Of a DNA stretch of 60,000 bases, positions 34,980 to 47,293 are shown one piece after another. This stretch comes from Botryllus schlosseri. Taxonomy: Eukaryota. The stretch spans positions 31,870,001-31,930,000 of the forward strand of contig CM119371.1 of NCBI GenBank assembly GCA_051294905.1, read 5' to 3'. Each line of letters begins with the position of its first letter. Positions within the stretch are counted from its first letter, which is position 1. Position numbers and translations under genes: made by a program. Under the pieces are notes generated by a model. The model was not told where the DNA came from. It ran no database searches and was given only the letters and a program-made list of their open reading frames with translations.

Positions 34980-37900
34980 TTAGAGTCTAACCAAGCACCT
35001 TGCCGTGCTATCCTGCTGATTGCCCCCTACCATCAGTGCGCCGCACGAAAACACCTTACAACAGCTATACCTGGCCATCCGCAATATCATGGTCGAAAAA
35101 GCACTTCGTCAGCCCACTCCCCAACACAGGTTGATCTTGACCCCCCTCCCATAGGGTGATAACCAAAACTTCAGAGGGGCTTCTCCCCTCAGAACCCACC
35201 GTGTGATGGATGTTTTCAACAGTACTTGTGAGCGCATTCATTCTACTCTGTGTATGTAAAGAGGTGATGCGACCTAATTGCGCGAAGCGCGAAAATATTC
35301 AATAATTCATGACTGATTCGGTCAATAATATTAATAATTGCATATATATTATATTGCTACAAATTTTCTATCCTTTCACGATTCCAAATTGAAATTTCTT
35401 CACTGGCAAATCATTTTTCTCTGTGGTATGGCATTTGTCCTGTGGGGTACAGATTGTCAGGACAGCTAGGTGCCTATGGACAATTCGACATATACATTGA
35501 AGTTTTCGGTCAATAAAGGGCAATTCTTTTCGGTGAAGATTTTCTCTCGGTCGAATTTTGGGCACACTTTTCGGAGTCCCATGTCAGCCTAAACTCCATT
35601 ATGTGTCGGTGCGTCGTGACGCGGTAATGGCTGACGCTGAAATGCCTATTTCTTTAAATCATGCGTATTTCTTGGGGGAAGGCGGTAAATAATTGAGACA
35701 ATTAGTGACACTAAATCGCGCACATCCCGAAAAAAAGTTGACAAAAGGCATTTAAAGTTTCACAAAATAGTCTATAATTTATTTTCATTCACTAAATAAA
35801 TTTAGTTTCCTTCAAGCTCGGCCCCAATCCTGTTAGGGGTGTGGCAGTTTCGGTCGCACAAAATGAATGAATCGAAAACGAATGATCGTGCAAACTGCGC
35901 GGTTTAGCGAGTCAGATTTTTCTTGTCGCTCTCATGTCGTCAAATGACACGGCTTGTACTAATTCAAGTCAAATCGAATATGTTACCTCACGAAGTTCTG
36001 AATCAGTTTAAAATTTGATATTTATTTAATTTATCAATGGACAAGCCTTCAAAATATTTCATCTGGAAAGTAAAGTATAAAATTGTAATATGCCTGGCGG
36101 ACCGGCAGGAAAGTCTTCGCGGACCGGCGGTTGAGAAACACTGCTCCAAAGCACGGCTGTTAAAGATCACTAAGACTAACCTGATTGTTTGGTTTCCGTC
36201 AAAAGAAATGTGACTTTGCCCGTTGCTATAGCCTCAATTATGCTGCTAAGTATCGCTTAATTGCACCGTCGTAATCAACTTAAGTTTGTCAAAAGTATCG
36301 GTATCCTCCACGTATGACTTCTCCGAAACAAGTTGTACGCTACTTTTAAACAGTTTATTGAACAGTGGGTTTAAAATATGACATTGAAAAATGTGTTTTT
36401 TCTAAGTTGTTTACATATGCCATAATTGTTTAACTATTTCGAAAAACATGTACTATGACTCTACAGGCGATTTGCACCCGATATAAGCGTTCCACATTTC
36501 TAAATAAATTTAAAATATTATGTTTTATTTCTCTTTTCTGGATGGGGGATGAACTTCTTGCATTTGGAAATTGAAATATACAATTTGAATAAATCTGGCG
36601 GACCGGCAGGAAACGTTCCATGGACCGGCGGTTGGGAACCACTGCCTTATAGTGTAACAACCCCTTCCTTTCGGTACGGCGAACTGCCACACTTGATTAT
36701 GATTCATTGTAGAACACAATCGTCAGGTATCGAGATGGAAAAGGTGGGATAGCACAAGCAAGTCAGATGCGGTTTAGGTGTGCTGAACAGCCCTGGCATG
36801 ATTATATGCCGATTTTTCACTGCATCCAGGCTTTTCATGTTTAGAAACGCTTTTCCGCACAGCTCCGCCAATCTAGAATCCTGTTTTGGCATATCATGAC
36901 GGTTGTTGTTGCTTTATTGAATTATGGTGTTCGACAGCATAAATTTTCAAAAAATACTCTATAATATATGCTAATTCACGATATATTTTTGGGCCCCCTT
37001 GAGCTCGCCCCTCCCCCCCCCAATTGGGGGTTTGGGGTGCGGCAGTTACGGCTCTGTGTCTATCAGATGCCCAAGTCTGAAGGCAACCGAGATGTGGCAC
37101 GACGAATGGCACTGTGGGTCGTACAATGCTGGTTTCGTACGTCACGCGCCTCTTTTATATCGTTGTAATGCCTCGAGTCCCGATTTTTTGCTAATAAAAG
37201 CACGAGATCTGCAGCCACGGTGGCCACCGATTTCTAAGCTGATTAAGAATTGGTATTGAAGGGGCCGCTAGCTATTACGCGGTTGATGACTGGCGATTGA
37301 ACACCATGCAGACACGACAACCGACAACTAATTTTAGAGGATATACGGGACAGATCGGTAACCAGACCTGTGTAGCAAATAAATGACAGACAACCGAGGT
37401 CTCTAAAAAGCTTCACATTGCCCCAACGGTTCCTGGTCACATGAACATGTCAGCATGTAGCACTTCAGCATAGACAATTGATGCAACACTTCAGAATGTG
37501 GGTAAAATTTGGGTTTAGGACCGGGTAATGATATATATCATTGGGCCCGGGTAAGGTTCCGAATGAGGATTGTGTTAGGCTTGAAGTTGATACATATATA
37601 TATATATATATATCAATATAGCAACGGGTCCGCCCGATGATGTTTAGTTATTATTTACGGGTCCTACCTTTTCCAACACACCACACTCAGCTTTGGCGGT
37701 AAATCTGATTACGTGAGCTGAAAAAGGATAAAAATTGATAGCAATATATATGCAATTCCCGACCATATTGACCGATTCAAACATGAACCATAGAAATTTG
37801 TCGCGCTTCGCGCGTTTAGGCCGTGACTCACCAAACAGTAGGCCTACATGAAATAGGGTATAGCTGATATGTAGCGACGTAAAGCCCACTGGCTGAGGGG

Positions 37901-38442
37901 GTCCTGGGTTTGTTTTATCACCCCATGGAGGCCCAAGACCAACGTTTTTTTTTGGGGGGGGGGGGCTAACGAAGTGCTGTTACGGTCCTGATGGAAGTCA
38001 AGTCGGAGAAATTACCCTTTTTTAGTCAACTCACGAAAATTTAGCTGTAAAAGTGTATAATTTCGAGGTCGAGCCGAAAAGTTGAAGTTTTTTTGATTAG
38101 TCAACTCGCTGGTGATCCCAGTTAGTATGACCATTTTTCGGTTCCCAATATTTGGGGGGCGATGATCGGAGTGGAGCTTCAAAAGGGGGCGATGAGTCGA
38201 AAAAGGTTGGGAACCACTGATCTAGTCTATACAGCGAAAATATGTGATTTTAGTCCAAATTGCACCATGGATTATCTCCAAAAATAGAGCCAATTCCAAA
38301 AAAATAAGGTCATATTCGGAATCAGTGCCTTTCAGAACCCCCAAAACCACTCTTACTTTATCTGCCTAAAAATATGTGTTGACCAGTGTAGTTATTGCTC
38401 TGTGTATATTCCGAATCTCATTTTTCAAAGTTCTCTCAACAG

Positions 38443-39042
38443 TAGGGTTACCACATCTTGAAATCGTGAATGGCGTCCGGAAGACATTTTACCAAATCAG
38501 AAAAGTTAGTTGATCAAAACTGAAATCAGCCGATTTCGCTATTTTTGCTGGAAAATTTGGTGGGTTGACGAGAAAAAGGTCATCACTTTCGTTCGAATCC
38601 CGATTTACACACTTTAGTGGTGTTGATAACAAGAAATAAAAAGAAAAAAACGGTCGTCGCTTCCGATCGAACCACCGAATTTCCCATTAAGCGTCATTTC
38701 TGTCCATTTCACTGAAACCTATCACTTCTCAAAGCTATAAAAGCTGCGTGAAGGAAGACGAGGGAGGAGGACATTTGGGCGTCGGGAGGACATTTTCAAG
38801 AACCCGAAAAAGGAGGACAAATCCTCCTAGAGGAGGACGTATGGTAACCAATGTTACCTTTAATATTTGGCGAGTCTGCGCACACTCACTGCGTAGACTC
38901 TTGGACAACAGTGCGTAACGACGAAAGAAATAGGTCATCACTTCGGATTTTTGCAACTTAGATTTTCCGTTCACAGAGACCGTTTCAGCACCGCGCATTT
39001 GCGCACGTGCGCAGTTTAGAGGGAACATTGATGGTAACCTTA
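38443..39042 (-). mobile_element. Blackjack-like MITE with a small MITE inserted in its TIR
   Basis: TAGGGTTACCA ... ATGGTAAC[insert]ATGGTAACCTTA; inverted relative of 40780-41181. Confidence 0.65.
38849..39030 (+). mobile_element. Small hAT MITE
   Basis: TIR CAATGTTACC / GGGAACATTG; perfect TSD atggtaac; a relative starts near 50286. Confidence 0.8.
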
Positions 39043-40169
39043 TATTTAATGTGTTCACTTTCTGTTCGAGTCGGCACCAGAGCAATAGCGAATTTATAGG
39101 AACCGCAATTGAATGGCTAACGATGACGTGTGATGAGGTTCATCGTTTATGAGGCACTGAACTCTCTATAGAGCCGGATGGAACAGCTACAGCACCCAAC
39201 CTCCCCCTTTAGGAGATTCTGTATCCTCCTTTTGAAGAAAGAGAGAGACAGTTTTATTGAGCAAAAATTACATTCAAAAATAAAATACAGGTTGCAGCGA
39301 TACGATCCTTAGGGTCCATCGAGTCAGCTGCATCGATGGAGTACAAAATCGTCTTTTAATAGAGTCTCGCGTCAAGAATAAATTAAAAACAGGTAGAACA
39401 TTGGTAAGTTTGAACAACATCAGAGTAACAGGCAACGGAGGTTTATCTGGGCTCCTCTTCCCCTGCCGTTGCCGTTCTTACGGCGACAAAAAAGCCCAGA
39501 AAAAGACCCGACGAAAGAAAGCACTCACAATGAATGGAAAAGAACTAGTAGAAAGGGCCGCGGCTTCAAAGAGATCAACATCGAAAAAGAACTGTGACAT
39601 CGGGCACTCTAGGCCGAGGTGGATGTTAGAGTAAAGGATCGCTACTGATGCGTGTCGTTCTACATCCTCCTATCTGTTCATGACATCGCATTGTGTCTTA
39701 TCGCATTGTACATTGTGTGTGACTTGTTCAGATAAAAATATAACCCAACCATGTTATGTTATGTTATGTTAGAATAAGATAAATAGAAGATGAATAAATG
39801 GAAGCTAGCGAGTTATTGTCAGTTCAAATTCTAGGAAAAAAAAAACAATTTGGCAACGTAAGATTATCAAATCCTATAAACGGCAATTACAATGCAAATC
39901 TAACTAACTTCAATATGACAAGACAATATGACAAGAGTAAATGAGTAATCGAGATTGTCCTTCGAGGACGCGCAAATGTTCTCCTCTTTGACAAACCAAC
40001 CCCCTTTACAGCTTTGCGAGTCAGGCTACAATGAACGAAGACAACTGAAAATGTTATAAATGACGCGAGACCCAGAGTTCAACGCCATAGTAACTAATAA
40101 AAGGAAACAAATAGTTCAACTCCAACCGATTTCTCATGTGAACGGGTCCATCGAGAGTAGAGTTGGAAG

Positions 40170-40422
40170 CAGTGGCGTAGCTGTCACCTGGCGCTTATGG
40201 CTCCGCGCCATGGGCGGCAGGCTGCTAGGGGGTGGTATAATGTTAGGTAATGACTTTCCTTTTAGTCAACACTACAGAAATACTGAAAAGGGTGGGTAAG
40301 GCGGGAGTCGAGGCGAAGTGATGAACTTTTTTCAGTCAGAAAAGATGATTGAAACTATTTCAAAATTTGGGCTGCATTTTCAACGAAAGCCATGGGTGGC
40401 AGCATATGCTCCTACACCATTG
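40170..40422 (+). mobile_element. hAT (Tip100-like) MITE
   Basis: TIR CAGTGGCGTAG / CTACACCATTG; perfect TSD gttggaag. Confidence 0.85.
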
Positions 40423-40779
40423 GTTGGAAGAATGTATTTTTTCGTTTTCAGTCAATCGCAAATTTTCAGTCGATAGCGCGTTGTTTCACTGCGCTGTTTC
40501 ACCAATAACAATCAGTGAGGCAGAGCTGTCATTGCACGTAAAAAAGCAGAATTTCACATTCCTTGTCGAGTTTGAAGTATTTCAGGGGCCCTGACAAAAT
40601 TATTACTTGGATTTTCGAAATCAATGCGACAATAGCATTGGTTCTCAATAATATTGGACACTCCCCCTTGATGGTAGTGTAAAATTTCGCGCTCTCCTTA
40701 TCGCCCCTTCAAAAACTATTAAAAAGAGCAACAAGATTGTTTGCAATCCCAACGAATAGTCTCATGTATGACTGTTGAG

Positions 40780-41181
40780 TAGGGTTACCATACGTCCTCC
40801 TTTAGGAGGATTTGGGCTCCTTTTTCAAGTTTTTGAAAATGTCCTCCGAAGACGCCTAAATGTCCTCCTTTTTGGCAACTCGTCCTCCTTTACAGCTTTT
40901 AGAGCTAAGATGATGTATTGATTCCAGTGAAAAGGGGCATAAATGACGCTAAAGAGGAAATTCGCGGTCCGAATATGTAAGTGACAATATTTTTTTTAGT
41001 CAACCAACGGTAAGAAAAAATGCATTTCAGGAGACGAACCGGAAAGTTGACCTTTTTTTTAGTCAACCAACCACAATTTCGTGGTAAATTTACCATTTTT
41101 CCGGATTTTACTCCAGTATTGTAAGTCTGAAAATTTTGAAAAAGTGTCCTCTTTCCAGATTCTTAAAATATGGTAACCCTA
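40780..41181 (+). mobile_element. Blackjack-like MITE
   Basis: TIR TAGGGTTACCATA / TATGGTAACCCTA; GTCCTCC subterminal repeats; TSD not evident. Confidence 0.75.
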
Positions 41182-41956
41182 GGTGTAATAGCTTGCTAAC
41201 ATCTCATTTCAGCAACACATCGGCATAAATCAATCCATCAATCCGGTTTATTAATATTTTCATCGTTTCAAAACATCACAAGACTGCGATACAATGACAA
41301 GATAGGAAGATGTCGAAACAACTTGGAGTAGCCTTTAATATCAGACACCCACCTTAGCCTATGCGAAGTAAAGAAGATGCATGCACACTGAATGAAAAGT
41401 AATACAGAAAATATAAAAGGCAAGCGACAACATGAGGTCTGAGGTGGCATATGGCCGAGGACGAGGTCGATGTTAGGTCGTGGTCCGGTAATCCTGAAGA
41501 CTGGCTGGCTAGTATTCAGGCATGTCGATAGTACTGCACAATACGCAATATATAAAACAAAACAGTTTATACTCAATTGCCGCTTGAATCACAATAATTT
41601 TTTATTGTCGCAGACGTCTGCTCGGCGTCAGCATGGCTTTTTAACTATAATTGCTAAGTGACTCTCAATGGTGCGGGTATTATGTTGAAAAGCAGTCAGG
41701 CAGAAATTTCAAAGGATGTGCGGGAACTGGGAATGAAACTCGATGTCGTCGTTGAAACGACCGGCTTGATTCCTCTCAACCTTCAGGATGTTGTAGATGC
41801 GTTAGTGTCGTCGTCGACTTGATCTCATATGATAGGTGGCAATCAAGGAATATATAACATGTGGTAGGAATGAGTGAGGTATTCGAATTACGAAGTTTTT
41901 GACAGATTCAAGTCAGAGTAATCCCCCGCTCTGTTCAACAGCATTTATACTTACAT

Positions 41957-43040
41957 GGATTACCAGTGAACTCGGCACTTGGTGAATTCGACCCCGCGAA
42001 CTCGGCACTTGGTGAATTCGGCCCTCGGTGATTCGGCCCTCGGGAAATTTTGTATTAAACTGTATTAATTAACAACTATACGTTGATATGAATTGATAAA
42101 CTTATAGTAGCCTGATATTACTATGGAGTGATTTGTCAATGTTGTACGGAGGTCAGGGCATGCGTAGATCACGCAGTCACGGCGTGATTAGATCACAGAT
42201 TGCGTAACCACGGGAAATAACGCTACGCTCATCACTTGGTGAACTCGGCCCTTGGACGAATTGGCACTTGAACATTTTCGTATTAGAAATGCATTTAATA
42301 TGAATGAACATTCTCAATAAGGAAATTTAAACGTGTCATGGTAGATCTCGTAATCTTGGGATCCTTCAACCCAATTATCGGTATACCCTCACCCACCCCC
42401 AAACCTAATATCCCCCATATCGAACCATGATATCCTCCTCCCTCAACCCTTATACCTCCTCCCCTCTTAAGACACCCTAACTTTACCCCAACCCATCTCC
42501 ATCCCTAATACCCCCTCTCCAACCCTAATACCCCCTCCCTCAATCCTAATATGCCCCTTCCAGAACCTTGATATTCGTCTCTCCAAAGGCAAAAAATAAT
42601 TTATTTTGAAGTGATCATGCAAATCATTTGTTGATAAGGAACACTGGCTTGTCATGATCGTAAAACGAAGAAGCGCCGCTTCATCTCCCAAAGCTCCGAT
42701 CTCACATGCAACGCCAAGATCCATCTACTCAAAACTCACCCGCCCGTCACTCAAGCCATGAAATGACCAATACCAAGCAGACCGCACGTGGTCGGTATAT
42801 GAGCGCTTCGGTATTTTCAGCGGCTACGCAATCCCTGATCTAATCACGCCGTTACTGCTTAATTCACGCATGCCTTGACCTCCTTACAAGATTGACGAAT
42901 CACTTGATAATACTATTATTAGTTTAATAATTCATATTAATAGCTCTGTTAACACACTTTATTACAAAATTTCCTGAGGGCCGAATTCACCTAGGGCCGA
43001 GTTCACCAAGTGCCGAGTTTGTGCGGCTGAATTCACCAAG
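41957..43040. mobile_element. Unclassified DNA element with ~270-bp imperfect TIRs and a C-rich CCCTAA core
   Basis: 41957-42230 is the reverse complement of ~42800-43040; GTGAA(C/T)TCGGC subterminal repeats. Confidence 0.7.
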
Positions 43041-43852
43041 TGCCATATTTACCGGCAACCTGTGGAGCGATGGTGCCTTGTGATTTTCCTAATTTAGAAA
43101 ATTACCGATTAGTTACTGTGCCTTTCATTTCATTTGGGTGAAGTTTAGAATTACAGGTTTGATTAGGATTATGGTAATGTAGAATTTGGATTCTGGGTAG
43201 GGTATCGTTAAATTCCACTAGGGGATTGATGTCTCATGCGCACCAAAGATCCTACTCACTGCAAAGTCCATGCTCAGTGTGACACTGGAGTTAGTGTTAT
43301 ATAAGTTATTAAGATTTGGATTGGGTTCACTACAATTTGTTTTAGGGTTGAGGCCAGTCTGGAAACAGTGGTTGCTTTTGGCACTAAATTGCGCACGACC
43401 GAAGTGTTTCTGGCATATAATGATCATGTCATCAAACGTAAAATTGTGCGTGACATTGCCATGAATTCAACTCGGGGGTTGAGGTATCGAAAGATATGAG
43501 GGTTGGGATTTATGGGGAAACGAGAATCAAAAGTTGGGGTTAGATGGGGGTATTATAGAGTTTGGGTACAGTTAATGGAGGATCCTATCATACCCTAACC
43601 CTAAACTATTTATCAACGCCATAATTTGGCACACATGTTCGTTGGGGACACTAATTGGTGATTGACATGATGCTGTAGATCGGAAAGTATTCTAGACCCA
43701 ATGCACCGTATAGGTGGATTGAATCTAATGGTGACTGATAATAATGAGGATAGCTTGACCGACAGATGGGTGATGACATAGACCAGTTGTTCTTAACCTT
43801 GGCACCGGCCAGCGACCCCAGGGGCGATTTGGATTTTGAAGTAGGAGGAAAC

Positions 43853-45060
43853 GGCACTTCTTCGATGGCAGTCAGAGATCGAAAAGTGTTCACCATGATC
43901 ACCAATGAATGTTTTCCATGAACACGAACAAAAATTTATAAACGTCAAAATAAACTGTTTTTTGTGCCTTTGGAGTGACGGATATTAGGGTTGGGGTGGG
44001 GGTATTAGGGTGGGGGAAAAGGGAGATTGAAAGAGGGTTGGGGTTAGGTATTTCAAGGTTAGGGAAGGGGGATATTAGGGTTGCGGGAGGGGATATTAGG
44101 GTTGTGGGAGGGGGATATTAGGGTTGCTGGAGGGGGGATATTAGGGTTGCGGGAGGGGGATATTAGGGTTATGGGAGGGGGATATTGGGGTTGTGGGAGA
44201 GGGGATATTAGGGTTGCTGGAGGGGGGGTATTAGGGTTGCGGGAGGGGGATATTAGGGTTATGGGAGGGGGATATTGGGGTTGTGGGAGAGGGGATATTA
44301 GGGTTGTGGGAGGGGATATTAGGGTTGTGGAAGGGGGATATTAGGGTTGCTGGAGGGAGGATATTAGGGTTGCGGGAGGGGGATATTAGGGTTATGGGAG
44401 GGGGATATTAGGGTAGCGGGAGGGGGATATTAGAGTTGTGGGAGGGGGGATATTAGGGTTGTGGGAGGGGGGATACTAGGGTTGCGGGAGAGGGATATTA
44501 GGGTTGTGAGAGGGGGGATATTGGGGGAAAGGAGATTGGAGGTGGGTTAAACACCAGTTAGAGGTAATCTAACCCCAACTTTGAACCTAAGCCACTTCCA
44601 ACCCCCCAACTGTAATATCCCCCCTTCCCCAACCCTAATCTTGGGATACCCTACCCACCTCCACTCTGCCCGAATCCTAATATCCCCTACCCTAAACCTA
44701 ATATCCTCCCTCCTGCAACCCTAATATCCCCCTCCCACAACCCTAATATCCCCCTCCCGCAACCCTAATATCCCCCTAACCCCAACCCTAATATCCCCTC
44801 CCACAACCCTAATATCCCCCCTCCCGCAACCCTAATACCCCCCTCCCGCAACCCTAATATCCCCCCTCCAACAACCCTACTATCCCCCCATCCCTAATCT
44901 TGGGATACCCTAAACCCAACTTTGACCATAACCCTCTCCAAACGCAAAAACAAAACAATATATTTTGACGTTTATAAATTTTTGTTCGTGTTCATAAGAA
45001 ACATTGATTGGTGATCATGGTGAACACTTTTCGATCTCTGACTGCCATCGAAGAAGTGCT
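43853..45060. mobile_element. Palindromic DNA element with ~120-bp TIRs and mirrored G-rich/C-rich minisatellite arms
   Basis: TIR GGCACTTCTTCGATGGCAGTCAGAGATCG...; perfect 8-bp TSD gaggaaac; superfamily uncertain. Confidence 0.85.
43981..44530 (+). repeat. ~21-22-bp G-rich minisatellite GGGGGATATTAGGGTTG(C/T)GGGA
   Basis: More than 20 tandem degenerate units, each containing TTAGGG; complementary array at ~44600-44930. Confidence 0.9.
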
Positions 45061-47293
45061 GAGGAAACATTCAGAGGGCATTAGGACGCTATGGGAGCGC
45101 TGTAGAAAAATGGTGAGCAGTACAGAGTAGCCTATGCCGTATATTTCTTAGCGATATATAGTCCTGTAGCAGAATTATAGCTCTATAATCCCTGAATTCT
45201 TCTTGCAAATCGTTATTTTATAAATATTTCCAAATCTTCAATTGATTCGTCGTGCCTTGTACGAAATATACCGACGATGTATTCAATATGTTTCCACAAA
45301 CGCAGTGATGTTATAGAAAATGTGGTTACCCGAGTTTTTCGCGTATTTTTAGATCGCGAAGTGTTCCTTGCGACGGATCCATCTCACTAGATAGGGGTTT
45401 CTCGACTAAATGTTTTGAACAAGGAGGTTAGGACATTTTGTATTGTAGGTATTGTTGCAGCACACGGCGTGCTGAAATCAGCGAAAGTGGCCCTCTACCA
45501 CTTGTGATAGTAAAATCAAGATCTTGGCTCAGTCGTACTATAAAGTTCAGAAATTCGATCTACTTGTTATTTTTATAAGCTGAAGACTGTTTTAAATCAA
45601 AATACATCAACTGAATCATATTTCGGATATACTATTAGATTTATCATAGTTGGAGACTTTCACAGATCTCATGTACATGAATGAACTCCAATCATGTGTA
45701 TAAGTATTTAGCTAGTTCCTAGATACTCAAATGACGTTGCATTAATTGAATCAGTTTTATGTCAACCACCTATTTTAAATTCAAAATAATCAGCTTGAAT
45801 ATATTATAGTAATAACTTATCTTGAAGCAAAATTGTTTCTTGAGATTGTTTCTTGTAGCTATTTTCGCTTGTGAGTAATTTACTGCAGTTTCTCGAAAGA
45901 TTCCAGAAATAGTCTGCCATAATATGTTCGTCGCATCTGCACTGCTATCTTTCTTTTGTTGTTTTGATGTCTTGATGGAACCTTTCCCATTTCTCCTCCC
46001 CCTAATCAATAATATATCAGAAAATATGTCAGGATGACTGAACAAGGAAGTTGGATTTAATGCTCATGTTTGCTCCAAAGTTACCATAAATACAGATTCT
46101 AATTATCGGACCAACTGTATGTAGTTGGGTGCTTTGTGATCTTCCAAAAAGAGTTATTTATTACACCCTAGAAGAAATTCCATGCAGTGAGCTCCTTTTT
46201 TAATCTAAAATTGGAATCCTTCATCCGTATTCGAATCTTGGGTCCATCGTTCAGAGACACCAGATTTAAGTTATTCATTTGATATGGATAATAGGTATAC
46301 CCACTTTGTTGGCTCAGCGATAAATTATCCATTTGCAAGTCAAAAGAGATGAGACGGATAGGAGTATATATTTGTTAAGCTTTCCAGGGACAAATTTGAT
46401 AGCTTTATACTCCTCTTTCATCTTGGTAGAATGAACAATTGGTACGGTACAGGAAAAAATATATTTCCGTTGTGCAAAAGTGCATTTTTTTAGGCTTGAC
46501 AAACTGCTTTTTTACCAAACAAAGATCTGGCATCAGGTCATGTTAATATTGGTGGAATAGCCTAACTGAGCACGACGTGAGGATTCTTCAAAGTCAATTA
46601 TCTATTTATTTGCAGTATAAAAGTAGTAAAATTTCAGATTTACTTCCTACCGAGTGAAATATTCAAGGGTAAATACAGTGATTTTGGGCTTTTAGGGGTA
46701 TAAGTGTCTTCTTTTCTAGAGCCAATCCGGCAAAACTGATGTGATATTCGTAATCAGCAACTTTGAACACCCCGAAAATGACTCCTAGATGTTCCGCCAA
46801 ATTTTTGTATTCATTTTCCTGACCAGTGTTATTCCTCAGGGCAATGTATGAATTCTCGTAATAGGGACATCAGAATTCAATTCACTGCACTCGGTTGCGC
46901 CCATATGTATTGTGAAAGTGGCCTAATATTGTATAGCCCCTTTCAAGAATGTCTCTCTAGTCTCTGAGAGTAACATTAAACTTCTTTTTGCATCTCGATC
47001 TAGGTCTTGATAATTGCAAACCAGGGCAGAAGAGTTTTTTTCAAATAGGTCATACACTGACCATCAGAAAATACTGTAATCTAAATTTCTTCAAAACTTT
47101 AAAAATATCGTACTTCGTTCCTTTTACTGCTGATAAATCTTGGCCATTAAGTTAGTATGGGTACATGGTAAGCATGTCGACTCGGCTAGGGCATAATTCT
47201 GTTTCGCCATGTTCAGACGCGGTCAGTACAGAAGTAATTCTGTAGGCCTTACTTGCTTTTTTCGTAAAGTTTGTCAAGCTAAAAGTGACTTCT

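Larger units (their letters stand above)
29541..36143 (+). mobile_element. hAT Charlie-like MITE, second layer
   Basis: TIR CAGTGGTTCTCAACC / GGTTGAGAAACACTG; TSD ctccaagg/ctccaaag. Confidence 0.8.
29341..36644 (+). mobile_element. hAT Charlie-like MITE, outer shell of a 4-level nest
   Basis: TIR CAGTAGTTCTCAA / TTGGGAACCACTG; TSD ccttgtag/ccttatag. Confidence 0.8.
43650..47000 (-). mobile_element. Possible heavily decayed L1/Tx1-type LINE ORF2, interrupted by 43853-45060
   Basis: Only weak motif echoes in the expected order on the minus strand (HNTYGRN, ALNPTSLF, LWQTISGIFRETAVNYSQAK, NPNRPW); no RT core motif seen. Confidence 0.3.

Noticed and set aside
39230..41520. LINE-like 3' tails (AATAAA plus microsatellite), related to ~8560-9440
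   Set aside because: The similarity is real, but boundaries and family cannot be set by eye.
44081..44344. Gly-rich repeat ORF (GGGILGLREGDIRV)
   Set aside because: It is a translation of the G-rich minisatellite inside a TIR element, with no gene context.
43981..44930. Telomere or chromosome-fusion site (head-to-head TTAGGG/CCCTAA)
   Set aside because: Units are 21-22-mers, not pure hexamers, and are bounded by TIRs and an 8-bp TSD.
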